Shown here piece after piece: positions 61,871 through 64,000 of a DNA stretch of 64,000 bases. The stretch is from Octopus bimaculoides (taxonomy: Eukaryota). Position numbers and translations under genes: made by a program. The notes under the pieces are model-generated. The model was not told the origin of the DNA and made no database searches. It was given only the letters and a program-made list of their open reading frames with translations. Position 1 is the stretch's first letter; every line of letters begins with the position of its first letter. The DNA lies in assembly GCF_001194135.2 (NCBI RefSeq), contig NC_068987.1, positions 83,029,870 to 83,093,869 on the forward strand, read 5' to 3'.

Positions 61871-62172
61871 ATTACAGTTCAATTCGAAAATCGTCTAATT
61901 AGACATTCATATAATTATGGATTTTATAATCTCCACTTCTCTCCTCTATAGCTTTTAGTGAAAAAAAAAAAAAAATTAAAAAAGGGCAAAGTCTGTGTTT
62001 TGAATATCAGAAAGTGTGAAAAATTAAAATTTTTTAATCAGAAACTAATTAGGGCTAGGGTATAAAGGATTTGCAGGACGACTTTGTACTTTTTTCTTAA
62101 TATTTCTGTTTGGATAATTATAAAAAAGCACTTTGTTTGTGGGTGTATATAGTTATATTTCATTTGCATTTG

Positions 62173-62174
<2 letters not shown>

Positions 62175-62211
<37 letters not shown>

Positions 62212-62392
62212 CCATCGTTTAATGTCTGCTTTCCATGCTGGCATGGGTTGGACGGTTTGACTGAGAACTGGCAAGCCAGGAAGCTGCACCAGGCTCCAAT
62301 CTGATATGGCAAGGTTTCTACAGCTGGGTGCTCTTCCTAACGCCAACCACTCTGAGAGTGTAGTGGGTGCTTTTCATGTGCCACTGGCACGG
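62175..62392 (-). mobile_element. RTE LINE 3' end running into an assembly gap
   Basis: Long (CAT)n, then cgtttaatgtctgctttccatgctggcatgggttggacgg... Confidence 0.8.
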
Positions 62393-63078
62393 NNNNNNNN
62401 NNNNNNNNNNNNNNNNNNNNNNNNNNNNNNNNNNNNNNNNNNNNNNNNNNNNNNNNNNNNNNNNNNNNNNNNNNNNNNNNNNNNNNNNNNNNNNNNNNNN
62501 NNNNNNNNNNNNNNNNNNNNNNNNNNNNNNNNNNNNNNNNNNNNNNNNNNNNNNNNNNNNNNNNNNNNNNNNNNNNNNNNNNNNNNNNNNNNNNNNNNNN
62601 NNNNNNNNNNNNNNNNNNNNNNNNNNNNNNNNNNNNNNNNNNNNNNNNNNNNNNNNNNNNNNNNNNNNNNNNNNNNNNNNNNNNNNNNNNNNNNNNNNNN
62701 NNNNNNNNNNNNNNNNNNNNNNNNNNNNNNNNNNNNNNNNNNNNNNNNNNNNNNNNNNNNNNNNNNNNNNNNNNNNNNNNNNNNNNNNNNNNNNNNNNNN
62801 NNNNNNNNNNNNNNNNNNNNNNNNNNNNNNNNNNNNNNNNNNNNNNNNNNNNNNNNNNNNNNNNNNNNNNNNNNNNNNNNNNNNNNNNNNNNNNNNNNNN
62901 NNNNNNNNNNNNNNNNNNNNNNNNNNNNNNNNNNNNNNNNNNNNNNNTGATATTTGACAGAACATATAATAAAATCAAAATTAGATTTATTAAATCATTT
63001 TTAAAAATATAAATTTAGTTCAATAAAGAAAATGAAAAAAATAACTAAAATAAAAACTAACGTGATAGTAAACTCATT

Positions 63079-63110
<32 letters not shown>

Positions 63111-63624
63111 GTTATATATACACATACAAGTGGAGGCGCAATGGCCCAGTGGTTAGGGCAGCGGAATCATGGTCATAGGATCATGGTTTCAATTCCCAGA
63201 CTGGGCATTGTGAGTGTTTATTGAGTGAAAACACCTAAAGCTCCATGAGGCTCCAGCAGAGGGGGTGGGGTGTAACAAGATTTTAAATGAATGTAATGCT
63301 TCTGTCAATGCTTCCATAACATGGAAGATGCTAATTATACAACTTCCTGGAAAAAACTCCCCAATAAACCTCGCACCGTGCCTGCTGGTCATTACGTTAC
63401 ATTACTACAATCCCCTACTGGCAAAATTGTGTGCATCTTATTTGTATCAGTTCTTTGTTACAAGATCAGCATATTCAGTTGTCTGTTTGTTGTAATTTTC
63501 GGTAACTGATTGAATTTGAATAGAGCAATCACTTCTCGCCAATCCACTTCGTACGTCTTTGAGACATAAAACTATTTCATTTGTTAGAAGAAGAATTACT
63601 GATTTCTCTAAAAATCTTGTCTAT

Positions 63625-64000
63625 GTTGTTGTTGGCACTCCGTCGCTTACGACGTCGAGGGTTCCAGTTGATCCGATCAACGGAACAGCCTGCTCGTGAA
63701 ATTAACGTGCAAGTGGCTGAGCACTCCACAGACACGTGTACCCTTAACGTAGTTCTCGGGGAGATTGAGCGTGACACAGAGTGTGACAAGGCTGACCCTT
63801 TGAATTATAGGCACAACAGAAACAGGAAGAAAGAGTGAGAGAAAGTTGTGGTGAAAGAGTACAGCAGGGTTCACCACCATCCCCTGCCGGAGCCTTGTGG
63901 AGCTTTTTTAGGTGCTTTCGCTCAATAAACACTCAAAACGCCCGGTCTGGGAATCGAAATCGTGATCCTATGACCGCGAGTTCGCTGCCCTGACCACTGG
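63625..64000 (-). mobile_element. SINE family B (tail type 1), running off the window end
   Basis: Reverse complement of 6975-7334. A 5' fragment of the same family lies at 63132-63265 (+). Confidence 0.9.

Noticed and set aside
63447-63578. Minus-strand open stretch EIVLCLKDVRSGLARSDCSIQIQSVTENYNKQTTEYADLVTKN
   Set aside because: Possibly a transposon remnant, but no motif is recognised and there are stops on both sides.
59061-64000. Next TERB1 exon (expected ENQ..CC.LFP...WL-like peptide)
   Set aside because: No phase-1 exon with this character was found. It presumably lies in the 62393-62947 gap or beyond the window.

Overview
AT-rich, repeat-saturated animal genomic DNA from a gapped draft assembly. 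The repeat landscape (tRNA-derived SINEs with internal (TA)n/(TG)n tracts, RTE LINE 3' ends with (GAT)n tails, mariner relics) looks like a coleoid cephalopod, probably Octopus; this is inference, not a database result. Almost all ORFs in the supplied track are spurious: microsatellite, SINE or N-run translations. Reading splice sites by hand recovers five in-frame, phase-compatible + strand exons (36390-36500, 40015-40143, 46791-46922, 51111-51171, 58939-59060). They encode the N-terminal ARM-repeat region of TERB1/CCDC79, the meiotic telomere-bouquet protein; the start exon is uncertain and the gene runs past the window. Weaker candidate exons of a second, unidentified + strand gene lie at 7620-7717 and 13023/13076-13177. 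The most unusual element is a ~540-bp spacer-less palindrome in a TERB1 intron (45435-45975). Each arm carries a tRNA-like Pol III head and a Penelope-type minimal hammerhead ribozyme; a further partial copy lies near 190-330. A second, unrelated hammerhead-like motif (24339-24378) and a perfect 46-bp inverted repeat (12223-12336) are each embedded in the (TA)n tract of a SINE. Two local block duplications and several nested insertions are also visible. No alignment or database search could be run; all identities come from reading the sequence and recalling family motifs.
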